From NCBI GenBank assembly GCA_964016885.1, contig OZ024743.1, forward strand, positions 76,632,001-76,696,000: 64,000 nt of DNA. Direction: 5' to 3'. The notes under the pieces were generated by a model. That model made no database searches, was not told the origin of the DNA, and saw only the letters and a program-made list of their open reading frames with translations. This DNA comes from Eledone cirrhosa (taxonomy: Eukaryota). This document shows positions 26,608 through 39,952 of the stretch, one piece after another (position 1 is the first letter of the stretch; each line of letters opens with the position of its first letter). A program made the position numbers and the translations under genes.

Positions 26608-26870
26608 AGAAGGTGCGTGGCTTAGCAGTAAAGGTGTTGGACTTACGATCATAATGTCGTGGGTCCGAATCCTGGGCTGGGTTGTGTGTTGTGTTCTTGA
26701 GCAAAACACTTCATTTCACGTTCCTCCAGTATACTCAGCTGAAAATGAGTACCAGCAATAGCTGGGGGTTTAACCCTGGGTGAGGGGGTAGTATTGTACT
26801 CTTGGTCACCTCACGCCACGGAAAATGGAATAAGCAACAGTCTGACGAGCCTCCTGGCTACAGATAGACT
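26608..26870 (+). mobile_element. Nin-like tRNA SINE copy (a further tRNA-like head lies at ~26385-26445)
   Basis: GAAGGTGCGTGGCTTAGCAGTAA...GGGTCCGAATCC; body homologous to 12535-12811. Confidence 0.7.
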
Positions 26871-26909
26871 TTAGACCAGAGGTAGGAACCTTTAAGTTAT
26901 TTGTGATAT

Positions 26910-27098
26910 AATTGTTTCTACTTTTGGCACAAGACCAGCAATTACCCAGTACATTACTGGTACTTTATTTTATCGACCCCGTAAGGATGAAAGGCAAAGT
27001 TAACCTCGGCGAGATTTGAACTCAGACCATAAAGGGCCGTAACTCTTTGCTGCAAAGCATGGCGTCCGACCCTCTACTGATACAGCCAATCCACCGCC
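26910..27098 (-). mobile_element. tRNA-derived SINE copy
   Basis: Same family as 7511-7690. Confidence 0.8.
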
Positions 27099-27357
27099 CT
27101 CTTTGTGATATAATAAGGCGACATTCAAGAAACCATCATAATATATTCTTAAAATGTTGATAATTACTGATGTAGTCTCCACAAGTTCTCACCAGCATGA
27201 GATGGTAGTGACTCCGGTCAAGTGGAAATTTAATGTACATTCTAGAATAACATTAGAACGAACACACGAACATAGAAAATATCAGTGTGGTTTATTTCAC
27301 TGAATTTTTTAATACGTGTGTGCGTGTAACGATGGATACTGCTGTAAAGTATATGTG

Positions 27358-27406
<49 letters not shown>

Positions 27407-27642
27407 TTTTATCATTTATTTTGTTTTGACCGGTTTAGCTTGATTTGGTTTTTGGCTTGGGTAGTTAATGCCTTCTTGACCACCTTTTCAGTTTTGTATG
27501 GCTTCTTAACACATTGTGTAGCTCTGGTTTTTAACTATTGAACACTTTGTTAGTATCATTTCTGATTTTTGCGTTTCGCTTCGCTTTTCCTGCCCGCCGA
27601 AATGCGATTCTCGCTGAATCTTTATTTATATATATATATATA

Positions 27643-28029
27643 TGTAGGAGGTGAGTTTTATTCTAGCATAATAAAGCAATGCAAATATCGGATAAGTAGC
27701 ACTCAATAGTTTATTGGACTGGAGTATATATAAGAAGAAATTAAAAGATGGTTAGAAATGTTCCATGTATTTTATTATGCGCATTTCAAAAACAAATATC
27801 ATCCTGGGACGATATTTGCGTTCTCATCAGATAAAATAGGGAGACATGATATGAAGCTTAAAAAGACACTTGTGAGCAAGGTAGTGTCTAATCAACAAGT
27901 GGTTTTTAAGCTTCATATCATGTCTCCCTATTTTATCTGATGAGGACGCAAATATCGTCCCATGATGATATTTGTTTTTGAAATGCGCATAAGATACATG
28001 GAACTTTTCTAACCATCTTTTAATTTCTT

Positions 28030-28040
<11 letters not shown>
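27643..28040. mobile_element. inverted PLE-type repeat pair with hammerheads at 27768-27838 (-) and 27929-27996 (+)
   Basis: Arms ~27725-27863 and 27903-28040; TATTTTAT-CTGATGA-[GCAAATATCGTC/GATGATATTTGT]-GAA-ATGCGCAT-A-ATAAAATA. Confidence 0.85.
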
Positions 28041-28095
<55 letters not shown>

Positions 28096-28283
28096 TAACA
28101 GATTAAAGTTTAAAGAACCCGTTAAGGGTGAAAGCAGCGATTCTTTGCTTAAACTTCAATCTGTCTGTTATTTTGATAAATACTTGCACTACTGTTCTTA
28201 TATATTTGATATATATTTATCCTTATCGAGCCCTCTTTGGATTTTAGTCTTCAAATTTATTATTATTACTATATATATATATA

Positions 28284-28284
<1 letters not shown>

Positions 28285-28318
<34 letters not shown>

Positions 28319-28682
28319 AAACTCTGTGATTGTGTGCTTGTCTGTAATCTAATACACCCAAAACGGCGCATAATGGGAAAATACTTTCAAAGGAAGTTGT
28401 CCCTGAAGTGGGAATGCAAATGGAATAAAACAAGTTTTCGTAAATCGGAGCACGGGTTCCCGATATACGGGGGTTTTCTGGGTACCTTCATAAATAGCCA
28501 ACAGCTCTGTGATAACCAATCAGACTGCTAGCGCGATTACTGTTGTGTTTCATTTCCGAAAAGCCTTAGTGTAGTCAAGTTATTGACATTAATTCCGACG
28601 ACAGATGAGATAAAATGAAAAGAAACACTAAGACAGGTAAAAACTAGACTACCCATGACCCAACGGGTGACGGGTAGTCTAG
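28285..28682 (+). mobile_element. short non-autonomous Helitron-like element
   Basis: 3' hairpin GACTACCC..ACCC-AAC-GGGT..GGGTAGTC ending in CTAG|T at 28679-28683; the 5' boundary is blurred by (CTA)n. Confidence 0.6.
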
Positions 28683-28689
28683 TGTATGT

Positions 28690-28791
<102 letters not shown>

Positions 28792-28924
28792 CACATACAC
28801 CTTATAGTAGTATCTGTCGATATATAAGAGATGTCAACATGAATGAACCTGCTATTTTTATCTAAAGACATTTTTTCCAAATCCATCCCGCCCGTCCCCT
28901 CAATCTATCTTATTTCTCATTCTT

Positions 28925-28960
28925 TATTCTGATGAAGGACTAGCGTCCGAAACGTTAAGA
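28925..28960 (+). ncRNA. minimal hammerhead ribozyme
   Basis: TATT-CTGATGA-A-GGAC-TAGC-GTCC-GAAAC-GTT-AAGA. Confidence 0.8.
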
Positions 28961-29039
28961 CCTCTTCCTGCTATTTCAAGCGTTAACCTAATATATTCCT
29001 TCCATATACTGTACCGATTGTGTTGTTATTTCTGTTTAC

Positions 29040-29091
<52 letters not shown>

Positions 29092-29110
29092 GTAAACAGA
29101 AATAATATAT

Positions 29111-29262
<152 letters not shown>

Positions 29263-29271
29263 CCCCTTCTA

Positions 29272-29319
<48 letters not shown>

Positions 29320-29396
29320 TAACGTTCTTATATATTTGATATATATTTATCCTTATCGAGCCCTCTTTTAATTTTAGTCTTCAAATTTAATATTAT

Positions 29397-29454
<58 letters not shown>

Positions 29455-29902
29455 GTTTATCTTATGGTTTAGATTAAAATAATAAGAGAGAAGAGACAGA
29501 AACGTATTAATGAAAAATTTGTTAGAAATGTTTGATTCTTTCAAAAGGCCGCAGGTTACACATCTCTGGGTTAGAGAGTTCTGTTGATCGAACAACTAGC
29601 TTAATCATCGTCACATATGACGGTGGTCCACTCCAATGGTTGGTGAAATAGGCAGAATGTGGGCAGTGTATTTATGTATGAGTGTAACAATACTATGTAG
29701 TTGCATCAGTGTGTTTATGAATGTATGTTTCTTTGTGTGTGTATGTGTGTGTGTGTGTGTGAGAGAGTGTGTGTGTGCGTGTGTGTGTGTGTGTGTGTGC
29801 GTGTGCGTGTGTGTGTGTGCGTGTGTGTGTGTGTGGATGGATAGCATTTTTCATAGTATAGAGAATGGTGTAAACGGGTGGATGGATACAGCAGTAAAGT
29901 GG

Positions 29903-29951
<49 letters not shown>

Positions 29952-29989
29952 CATATACATACATATATAACGAGGGATATTGGTGTAAA

Positions 29990-30029
<40 letters not shown>

Positions 30030-30065
30030 TTTACACCAATATATATATATATTCGATATATATAT

Positions 30066-30280
30066 ATAGGAAAAAGTATGACCCCGACGGCAGAACTCAA
30101 GCCGTTTCGACGGCTATTTCTGGACTCCAGAAATAGCCGCCCAGAAATAGCCGTCGAAACGGCTTGAGCTCTGCCGTCGGGGTCATACTTTTTCCTATTT
30201 CCCGCTCTACTACCCTAAGTATTGAGTACTCTGGTGCGTTATGGTCCATCTGGTTCCTTATCACTATTCCTTTGTTATAT
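30066..30280. mobile_element. palindromic PLE-type insertion made of the 3' half of a hammerhead (stem II-GAAA-stem III-GUC)
   Basis: ..CCAGAAATAGCCGTC-GAA-ACGGC-TTGAGCTCT-GCCGT-C-GGGGTC with its reverse complement upstream; the intact relative is at 59697-59792. Confidence 0.75.
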
Positions 30281-30300
30281 ATATATACACTTTACACCAA

Positions 30301-30336
<36 letters not shown>

Positions 30337-30342
<6 letters not shown>

Positions 30343-31328
30343 GTGACGTTTTTTTTACAAATTGAAAAATAACCGAGGTGTCCTACACGAGTGAAAGTAT
30401 AAAGAAAAAGAGATGAAATCGAAAATGCAACTGGAGTCTTATTTTTTTTTTAAATATATATATTTATTTGGTTCCTTTACCGGTTTCGCAGTTCTTCTGC
30501 TTTTCAAAAGGTGAGTTGAGATGGAGGGTCTGTGGTTTTTCTCACATCTGGTTGGTCTCTGAATGTTACTTGTTTTATATGGAAAAAGTGGCTCGAAATG
30601 CCAGGTTTTTCGAGAAGTAATTTGATTGGTTTGTCAATAATTATAATAAATTTCGCGCCAGTTCACGTTACAATAGTTCTTCAAATAAGAGGGGGGCTGT
30701 TGTCACAGGTTGTTTTTTCATATATGAGTGTTTGAATTTCTTTTTACTTGAAAAAAGGGGCTCACGAAGGTGTTTTTTTTTGGTTGGTTATGAATGAAAT
30801 TATGGCTGTCACGTGAACAAGTTTTCATTAAATTTCCGTGCCCTTATTTGGAAATCCATTCTGTAGTCTTTTTAGAGAATTTTACGAAAATTTAATGAAA
30901 ACTTAATGAAAACTTGTTCACGTGACAACCATAATTTCATTTATAACCAACCAAAAAAAAAGCCTTCGTGAGCCCCTTTTTTCAAGTAAAAAGAAATTCA
31001 AACACTCATATATGAAAAAACAACCTGTGACAACACCCCCCTCTTATTTGAAGAACTATTGTAACGTGAACTGGCGCGAAATTTATTATAATTATTGACA
31101 AACCAATCAAATTACTTCTCGAAAAACCTGGCATTTCGAGCCACTTTTTCCATATAAAACAAGTAACATTCAGAGACCAACCAGATGTGAGAAAAACCAT
31201 AGACCCTCCATCTCAACTCACCTTTTGAAAGGCAGAAGAACTGCGAAACCGGTAAAGGAACCAAATAAATATATATATATTTTTTTTAAATAAGACTCCA
31301 GTTGCATTTTCGATTTCATCTCTTTTTC
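30337..31328. repeat. long inverted repeat (~430-bp arms) of the UUGAAAA-hammerhead family (HHR 30474-30511 -, 31221-31258 +)
   Basis: ~30405-30835 is the reverse complement of ~30900-31328; the left arm has an extra ~70-bp tail; embedded in (TA)n. Confidence 0.88.
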
Positions 31329-31330
31329 TA

Positions 31331-31580
<250 letters not shown>

Positions 31581-31597
31581 ATATAGATATATATATA

Positions 31598-31648
<51 letters not shown>

Positions 31649-31650
31649 TA

Positions 31651-31753
<103 letters not shown>

Positions 31754-31755
31754 TA

Positions 31756-31843
<88 letters not shown>

Positions 31844-31878
31844 TTTATATATATATATACACTTTACACCAAGTGCAC

Positions 31879-31960
<82 letters not shown>

Positions 31961-32020
31961 GTGTGCACTTGGTGTAAAGTGTATATATATATATATATAA
32001 TATATATATATATATATGTA

Positions 32021-32062
<42 letters not shown>

Positions 32063-32186
32063 TACACTTTATATATACACTTTACACCAAGTGTACATAT
32101 ATATATATAACGACGGGTTCTGCTGTAAAGTGTATCTGTGTATATAATGTAACGATGGCTATTACTGTAAAGTGTGTGTATGTATC

Positions 32187-32227
<41 letters not shown>

Positions 32228-32519
32228 TTATATGCGTGTGTATATATGTGTGTGTTTATATGTGTGTATGTATGTGTGTATGTGCGTATATGTGTGTGTG
32301 TTTATATGTGTGTGTGCGTGTGTGTGTGTATGTGTCTGTGTGTATATATCTGTGTGTGAGGGTGTGTTTATATGTGTATGTATGTGTGTGTGTATGTGTG
32401 TGTGTATGTGTGTGTATGTAACGATGTTTGTGTGTTTCACACGCTGGATTTTAACTTCAAAGCATTTCTGTGGAAGTTGTTCACTTCATCATCTTTATTT
32501 GAAGTGAAGATTGATGGAG

Positions 32520-33450
32520 GGAGAGAGGGGCAGAGGAGAGCGGATAGTGTATGAAAGGGAGGGATAGGAGATAGGGGGGGGAGAAGAGAGTGTAGTGTAG
32601 GAGAGAGGGGGAGAGGAGAGAGGGGGAGAGAAGAGAGGGTAGTGTAGGAGAGAGGGGGGAGAGGAGAGAGAGTAGTGTAGGAGAGAGAGTAGTGTAGGAG
32701 AGAGAGGGGGTGGAGATAGGGTAGTGTAGGAGAGAGGGTAGGAGAGAGGGTTGTGTAATAGAGAGGGGGAGAGGAGAAAGGGTTGTGTAGGAGAGAGGGA
32801 GAGAGGGGGAGAGAAGAGAGGGTAGTGTAGGAGAGAGGGGGGAGAGGAGAGAGGGTTGTGTAGGAGAGAGGGTTGTGTAGGAGAGAGGGAGAGAGGAGAG
32901 AGGGTAGTGTAAGAGAGAGGGGAAGAGGAGAGGGGATAGTGTAGGAGAGAGGGTAGTGTAAGAGAGAGGGGGAGAGGAGAGAGGGTAGTGTAGGAGTGAG
33001 GGGGAGAGGAGAGAGAGTAGTGTAGGATAGAGGGGGAGAGGAGAGAGGGTAGTGTAGGAGAGAGGGAGAGAGGGGGAGAGAAGAGAGGGTAGTGTAGGAG
33101 AGACGGGGCGAGGAGAGAGGGTAGTGTAGGAGAGAGGGAGAGAGGAGAGAGGGTAGTGTAGGAGAGAGAGGGAGAGGGGAGAGGGTAGTGTAGGAGAGGG
33201 GGAGAGGAGAGGGGATAGTGTAGGAGAGAGGGGAAGAGGAGAGAGGGTAGTGTAGGAGAGAGGGAGAAAGGAGAGAGGGTAGTGTAGGAGAGAGAGGGAT
33301 AGGAGAGAGGCTAGTGTAGGAGAGAAGGGGAGAGGAGATAGGGTAGTGTAGGTGTGAGTGGGAGAGGATAGTGTAGGAGAGAGGGGGAGAAGTGTTAGGA
33401 GAGTGTAGGAGAGAGGGGGAGAGGAGAGTGGATAGTGTAGGTGAGTGGGG
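32520..33450. repeat. purine-rich degenerate minisatellite with GGTAGTGTAGGAGAGAG core
   Basis: Direct reading; source of the 350-aa low-complexity pseudo-ORF. Confidence 0.85.
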
Positions 33451-33571
33451 GTGACCCACCCTTCTCCCTCCCATTCTTCTGTGACCCACCCATGCCTTTC
33501 CCTTTATTTTCCGTTTTTAGATATTTGTAGTGTTTTTCTAATTATTTTATAGTGTCCTATCTGGTTTTGTT

Positions 33572-35850
33572 TATATATTGGGGTAGGTACACCTTATATA
33601 ACTGGTATCCTACATTATATATTGGGGTAGGTACACCTTATATACCTGGTATCCAGCATTATATATTGGGTAGGTACACCTTATATAACTGGTATCCTGC
33701 ATTATATATTGGGGTGGGTACACCTTATATAACTTGTATCCTGCATTATATATTGGGTAGGTACACCTTATATAACTGGTATCCTGCATTATATATTGGG
33801 GTAGGTACACCTTATATAACTGGTATCCTGTATTATATATTGGGGTAGGTAGACCTTATATAACTGGTATCCTGCATTATATATTGGGTAGGTACACCTT
33901 ATATAACTGGTATCCTGCATTATATATTGGGGTAGGTACACCTTATATAACCTGTATCCTGCATTATATATTGGGGTAGGTAGACCTTATATAACTGGTA
34001 TCCTGCATTATATATTGGGTAGGTACACCTTATATAACTGGTATCCTGCATTATATATTGGGGTAGGTACACCTTATATAACTGGTATCCTGTATTATAT
34101 ATTGGGGTAGACCTTATATAACTGGTATCCTGCATTAATATTGGGTAGGTACACCTTATATAACTGGCATCCTGCATTATATATTGGGGTAGGTACACCT
34201 TATATAACTGGTATCCTGTATTATATATTGAGGTAGGTAGACCTTATATAACTGGTATCCTGCATTATATATTGGGTAGGTACACCTTATATAACTGGTA
34301 TCCTGCATTATATATTGGGGTAGGTACACCTTATATAACCTGTATCCTGCATTATATATTGGGGTAGGTAGACCTTATATAACTGGTATCCTGCATTATA
34401 TATTGGGTAGGTACACCTTATATAACTGGTATCCTGCATTATATATTGGGGTAGGTACACCTTATATAACTGGTATCCTGTATTATATATTGGGGTAGGT
34501 AGACCTTATATAACTGGTATCCTGCATTATATATTGGGTAGGTACACCTTATATAACTGGTATCCTGCATTATATATTGGGGTAGGTACACCTTATATAA
34601 CCTGTATCCTGCATTATATATTGGGGTAGGTAGACCTTATATAACTGGTATCCTGCATTATATATTGGGTAGGTACACCTTATATAACTGGTATCCTGCA
34701 TTATATATTGGGGTAGGTACACCTTATATAACTGGTATCCTGTATTATATATTGGGGTAGGTAGACCTTATATAACTGGTATCCTGCATTATATATTGGG
34801 TAGGTACACCTTATATAACTGGTATCCAGCATTATACATTGGGGTAGGTACACCTTATATAACTGGTATCCTACATTATATATTGGGGTGGGTACACCTT
34901 ATATAACCTGTATGCTGCATTATATATTGGGTAGGTACACCTTATATAACTGGTATCCTGCATTATATATTGGGGTAGGTACACCTTATATAACTGGTAT
35001 CCTGTATTATATATTGGGGTAGGTACACCTTATATAACTGGTATCCTGCATTATATATTGGGTAGGTACACCTTATATAACTGGTATCCAGCATTATATA
35101 TTGGGGTAGGTACACCTTATATAACTGGTATCCTACATTATATATTGGGGTGGGTACACCTTATATAACCTGTATCCTGCATTATATATTGGGTAGGTAC
35201 ACCTTATATAACTGGTATCCTGCATTATATATTGGGTAGATACACCTTATATAACTGGTATCCTACAGTATATATTGGGGTAGGTACACCTTATATAACT
35301 GGTATCCTGTATTATATATTGGGGTAGGTACACCTTATATAACTGGTATCCAGCATTATATATTGGGGTAGGTACACCTTATATAACTGGTATCCTGTAT
35401 TATATATTGGGGTGGGTACACCTTATATAACTGGTATCCTGTATTATATATTGGGGTAGGTAGACCTTATATAACTGGTATCCTGCATTATATATTGGGG
35501 TAGGTACACCTTATATAACTGGTATCCTGCATTATATATTGGGTAGATACACCTTATATAACTGGTATCCTGCATTATATATTGGGTAGGTACACCTTAT
35601 ATGACTGGTATCCTACATTATATATTGGGGTGGGTACACCTTATATAACTGGTATCCTGCATTATATATTGGGTAGGTACACCTTATATAACTGGTATCC
35701 TGCATTTATATATTGAGGTAGGTACACCTTATATAACTGGTATCCTGCATTATATATTGGGTAGGTACACCTTATATAACTGGTATCCTGCATTTATATA
35801 TTGAGGTAGGTACACCTTATATAACTGGTATCCTGCATTTTAATATTGGA
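33572..35850. repeat. 43/44-bp minisatellite, ~52 copies (TATATATTGGGGTAGGTACACCTTATATAACTGGTATCCTGCAT)
   Basis: Head-to-tail units with GGG/GGGG length variants and TACACC/TAGACC variants. Confidence 0.95.
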
Positions 35851-35869
35851 TGTTTATATAGAATAATAT

Positions 35870-36054
35870 AATTGTTTCTACTTTTGGCACAAGGCCATCA
35901 ATTATCCCAGTGCATTACTGGTACTTTATTTTATCGACCCCGTAAGGATGACAGGCAAAGTTAACCTTGGCAGGATTTGAACTCAGAATGGCAAGGGCCG
36001 TAACTCAATGCGTCAAAGCATGGGGTCCGACCCTCTACTGATACTGCCAATCCA
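35870..36054 (-). mobile_element. tRNA-derived SINE copy
   Basis: Same family as 7511-7690. Confidence 0.8.
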
Positions 36055-36107
36055 TGACAGTTGCCGTGGCTTTAGCAGCGGTCGAAGCGGTGGCGATAGC
36101 GGTAAAG

Positions 36108-37055
36108 CATCACCATCACCATCATCAACATCATCATCATCACCATCACCATCATCATCATCATCATCATCACCATCACCATTCACCACCATCAGCACCT
36201 TAATCACCACCATCACCATCACCATCACCATCATCAACATCACCATCACCATCATCATCACCACCATCACCATCACCATCATCATCAACATCATCCTCCA
36301 CATCACCATCACCATTCACCACCATCACCACCATCAGCATCACCACCATCACCACCATCAGCATCACCACCATCATCACCATCATCACCATCATCACCAT
36401 CATCACCATCATCACCATCATCAACATCACCACCAGCACAACCACCACCACCACCACCACATCACCATCACCACCACCATCACCACCATCACGTCACCCC
36501 CATCACCATCACCTCCATCGTCATCAAAAGGAAGTATTAGTAATCCGGAAGTGAAACATTGACGGGATTCGAACTGAGAACGTCAACAACGTAACCAACA
36601 GACTGCTACGTAGTAACTCAACGTCAGGCCGTAACCATAGTTTCTGACACCGTCACACCACCACCACCACCACCACCACCACCCTACCACCACCACTACC
36701 ACCACCACCACAGCAACACCACGACTACCACTACCACCATCACCACCACCACTACACCACCACCACTACACCACCACCACCACCACCACCACCACCACCA
36801 CCACCACGACTACCACCACCACCACCACCTCTAGCACCACCACCAACAACACCATCAACACCACCGCCACTACCACTACCACCACCACCACTACCACAAC
36901 AACACCAACACCACCAACACCACCACCACCACCACCACCAACACCCCTTCCACCACCACCAACACGACCACCACCACCACCACTACCACCACCACCCTAC
37001 CACCAACTCCACCACCACCACCACCCTACCACCACCAACACCACCACCACCACCA
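36108..37055. repeat. (CAT/CAC)n trinucleotide tracts
   Basis: Direct reading; interrupted at ~36525-36650. Confidence 0.9.
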
Positions 37056-37389
37056 ATATATTTTACTACAATACAGTTTGTATCCAAAATGTTGTTTTTT
37101 CCAAAATAAAAGCAAAACGGTAGAAAAATGTGGGTGTGTCTATAACTATAGCGGTGGGGGGGGGGGGGGTTTAGTTACGAGTTAGATCCTAGAACCCCAC
37201 CCACTGTGTGACCACGTGTCGTATTATAATAATGTAGCTCCGCCTACTAACTATATTATTATAGCAGAAAGGAAAGAAAACAAAAAGAAAATGGTTTCTA
37301 GTAACGCTCCACCCATTTTATGGGCGTGGTTATAAATAATTCTTTAGTGTTATGAGGAAATGTTGAGAGAAGAACTTTTTGATGGGGTT

Positions 37390-37391
<2 letters not shown>

Positions 37392-37426
<35 letters not shown>

Positions 37427-38420
37427 TCTATGTGTGTGTGTGTGTGTGTGTGGCTGTCTGTGTGTGTGTGGTATGTGTGCGGTGTGTGTGTGGTGTGTGT
37501 GTGACGCATATTTGTGTGTGTGTGGTGTGTGTGGTATGTGTGTGGTGTGCGTGTGGTGTGTTTGTGACGCATATTTGTGTGTGTGTGTGGTGTGTGTGGT
37601 ATGTGTGTGGTGTGTGCGTGACGCATATTTGTGTGTGTGGTGTGTGTGTAGTGTGTGTGTGACGCATATTTGTGTGTGTTTGACGTGTTTTTGTGTGTGT
37701 GTGGTGTGTGTTTGATACTCTTTTCTGTGTGCCTGTTTATGTGTGTCTGTGAGTGTTTATATGTTTGTGTGTGGTTGTGTGTATGTGTAGTGTGGTGTGT
37801 ATGAGAGTGGTGTGTGTGTAAGTATGTGTGTAGTGACTGTGTGATATGTGGGGGTTGTGTGTGTGTGTGTGTGAGTGTGTGTGAGTGTGTAGTGTGTGTG
37901 TGTAGTGTGTAGTATGTGTGTTTGTGTATGAATGGTGTGTGTGGTGAGTGTGTCGTGTGTATGTTTGTGTATTTAGTGTGTAGTGTGTGTTGTATTTGTG
38001 TGTGTGTGGTGTGTATGTCTTGTGTATGTTTGTGTGTGAGTGTGTAGTGTGTGTTGTGTGTGAATGGTGTGTGTGGTGAGTGTGTCGTGTTTATGTTTGT
38101 GTGTAGTGTGTGTTGTGTTTGTGTGTGAATGGTGTGTGGTGAGTGTGTCGTGTGTATGTTTGTGTGTGAGTGTGTAGTGTGTGTTGTGTGTGAATGGTGT
38201 GTGTGGTGAGTGTGTCGTGTGTATGTTTGTGTGTGAGTGTGTAGTGTGTGTTGTGTGTGAATGGTGTGTGTGGTGAGTGTGTCGTGTGTATGTTTGTGTG
38301 TGAGTGTGTAGTGTGTGTTGTATTTGTGTGTGAATGGTGTGTGTGGTGAGTGTGTCGTGTGTATGTTTGTGTGTGAGTGTGTAGTGTGTGTTGTGTTTGT
38401 GTGTGAATGGTGTGTGTGTA
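37392..38420. repeat. GT-rich compound minisatellite; a ~60-bp unit with GAATGG..GTGAGTGTGTCGTG recurs
   Basis: Direct reading. Confidence 0.8.
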
Positions 38421-38487
38421 CGTGTAGAAAAGTGGGAATTAAAAATATAGAAGATATGTGGACATATATCCAAGGAGCTGTTGCAGT

Positions 38488-38525
<38 letters not shown>

Positions 38526-38631
38526 TTGTTTAGCCCCAGGCCACCACTGACTATCTGGGAGAGGGTCAGGAGAAATAGAGAGGGATGAGGCAACAGAGTT
38601 GAGAGAGGAGAGAAGAGATGAAGAACGAAAA

Positions 38632-39170
38632 ATACACACACGTGTACACCACCACACACCACAACCATACACCACAACCACCACTATCTTCACCACATCA
38701 TCACCACCACCACCACCACCACCATCACCATCACCACCACTACACCACAACCACCACACCACCATCTTCACCACATCATCACCACCACCACACCACCACC
38801 ATCACCAACACCATCACCACCACCATCACAACCACCACTACCACCATCAACACCACCATCACCACCACCACCACCACCACAACCACCACCATCACCATTA
38901 CCACCACCACCATGCCACCACCACACCACCACCACTACCACCATCAACACCACCATCACCACCACCACTACTACCACCATCACCACCACCACCACACCCT
39001 CCCCATCACTCCATCATCACCACCACCACACCACCACACCACCACCATCACCACCACCACCACCACCATCACTACCACCATCACCACCACCATCACCACC
39101 CCCACCACCATCACCACCACCACTACCACCATCAACAGCACCATCATCACCACCACCACCACCACACACA
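38632..39170. repeat. (CAC)n degenerate tract
   Basis: Direct reading. Confidence 0.9.
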
Positions 39171-39437
39171 TCAAGAAAAGATTTTATTTTTTTCGAGGAA
39201 GTTTTTGTAGGTTTTGCCGTCTGAAGAGCTCAGGCTGTCATAACTGATAGTCGTCAGTGGAATATGTATAATGGAGTTTTAAATAAACCTGGATCAACTG
39301 AATATGGCCTCCCATATTTTAATCATATACATACACTACACCCTTGGAAAGGCTTGCTGAACACATAAGCCGAAACCGCTTGGCACCGCGATGGGGATTT
39401 TACATATCTCTGTCTCTTTCTCTCTTTATGTATATAT

Positions 39438-39483
<46 letters not shown>

Positions 39484-39488
<5 letters not shown>

Positions 39489-39890
39489 AAAAGACCCCCA
39501 CGGCTGAGCTCCGGCCGTTTCGACAGCTAGATCATAAATCCGACTTCGACCGCACACCATCTATCAGGCTTATAAACCTGACGAAGTCGGGTATAGAGAA
39601 GATCGTGTTATACCCAAACTCAAGCAAAACGTGAGGCTTAGCCACTGGGTTACCACCCAGGAAGTCATCTCCTGGTTTAAGAATATCGAGGATAAAAGGA
39701 ATACCACTTTCATGCAGTTCGATATTAAGAACTACTCTTATTCTTTTTAAAGAGTTCGGATCTAGCTGTCGAAACGGCGGGAGCTCAGCCGTCGGGGTCC
39801 TGACCCTTTTCCTATTACCCATTCTACTACCCTAAGTATCTAGTACTCTGGTGCGTTATCACCTGGTATCTTACCACACCTTCTTTGTTA
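39484..39890 (+). mobile_element. Penelope RT fragment enclosed by inverted half-hammerhead arms
   Basis: ~39540-39740 translates as DFDRTPSIRLINLTKSGIEKI... and LSHWVTTQEVISWFKNIEDKRNTTFMQFDIKNY (PLE RT, FDI motif); arms ~39484-39533 and 39758-39815. Confidence 0.75.
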
Positions 39891-39921
39891 TATATATATA
39901 TTTATTAAAATAACAGATTAA

Positions 39922-39949
<28 letters not shown>

Positions 39950-39952
<3 letters not shown>

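Noticed and set aside
32437-33489. 350-aa Ser/Pro/Leu ORF
   Set aside because: Translation of a GA-rich minisatellite; the short unique end (DDEVNNFHRNALKLKSSV) is too little evidence to call an exon.
33572-35850. 43/44-bp repeats as CRISPR or as a coding repeat
   Set aside because: No spacers; unit length is not a multiple of 3 and frames close quickly.
36008-36562. His-rich ORF (also 38599-39247)
   Set aside because: Starts inside a SINE or low-complexity DNA and runs through (CAT/CAC)n; no splice or homology support.
39338-39398. possible decayed U3-A8 hammerhead (TTGGAAA-GGCTT..AAGCC-GAAAC)
   Set aside because: The A6 position and cleavage triplet are non-canonical and there is only one copy; too degenerate to call.
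39576-39592. CTGACGA as a hammerhead core
   Set aside because: Lies within Penelope RT coding sequence; no matching stem I, stem II and GAAA arrangement.
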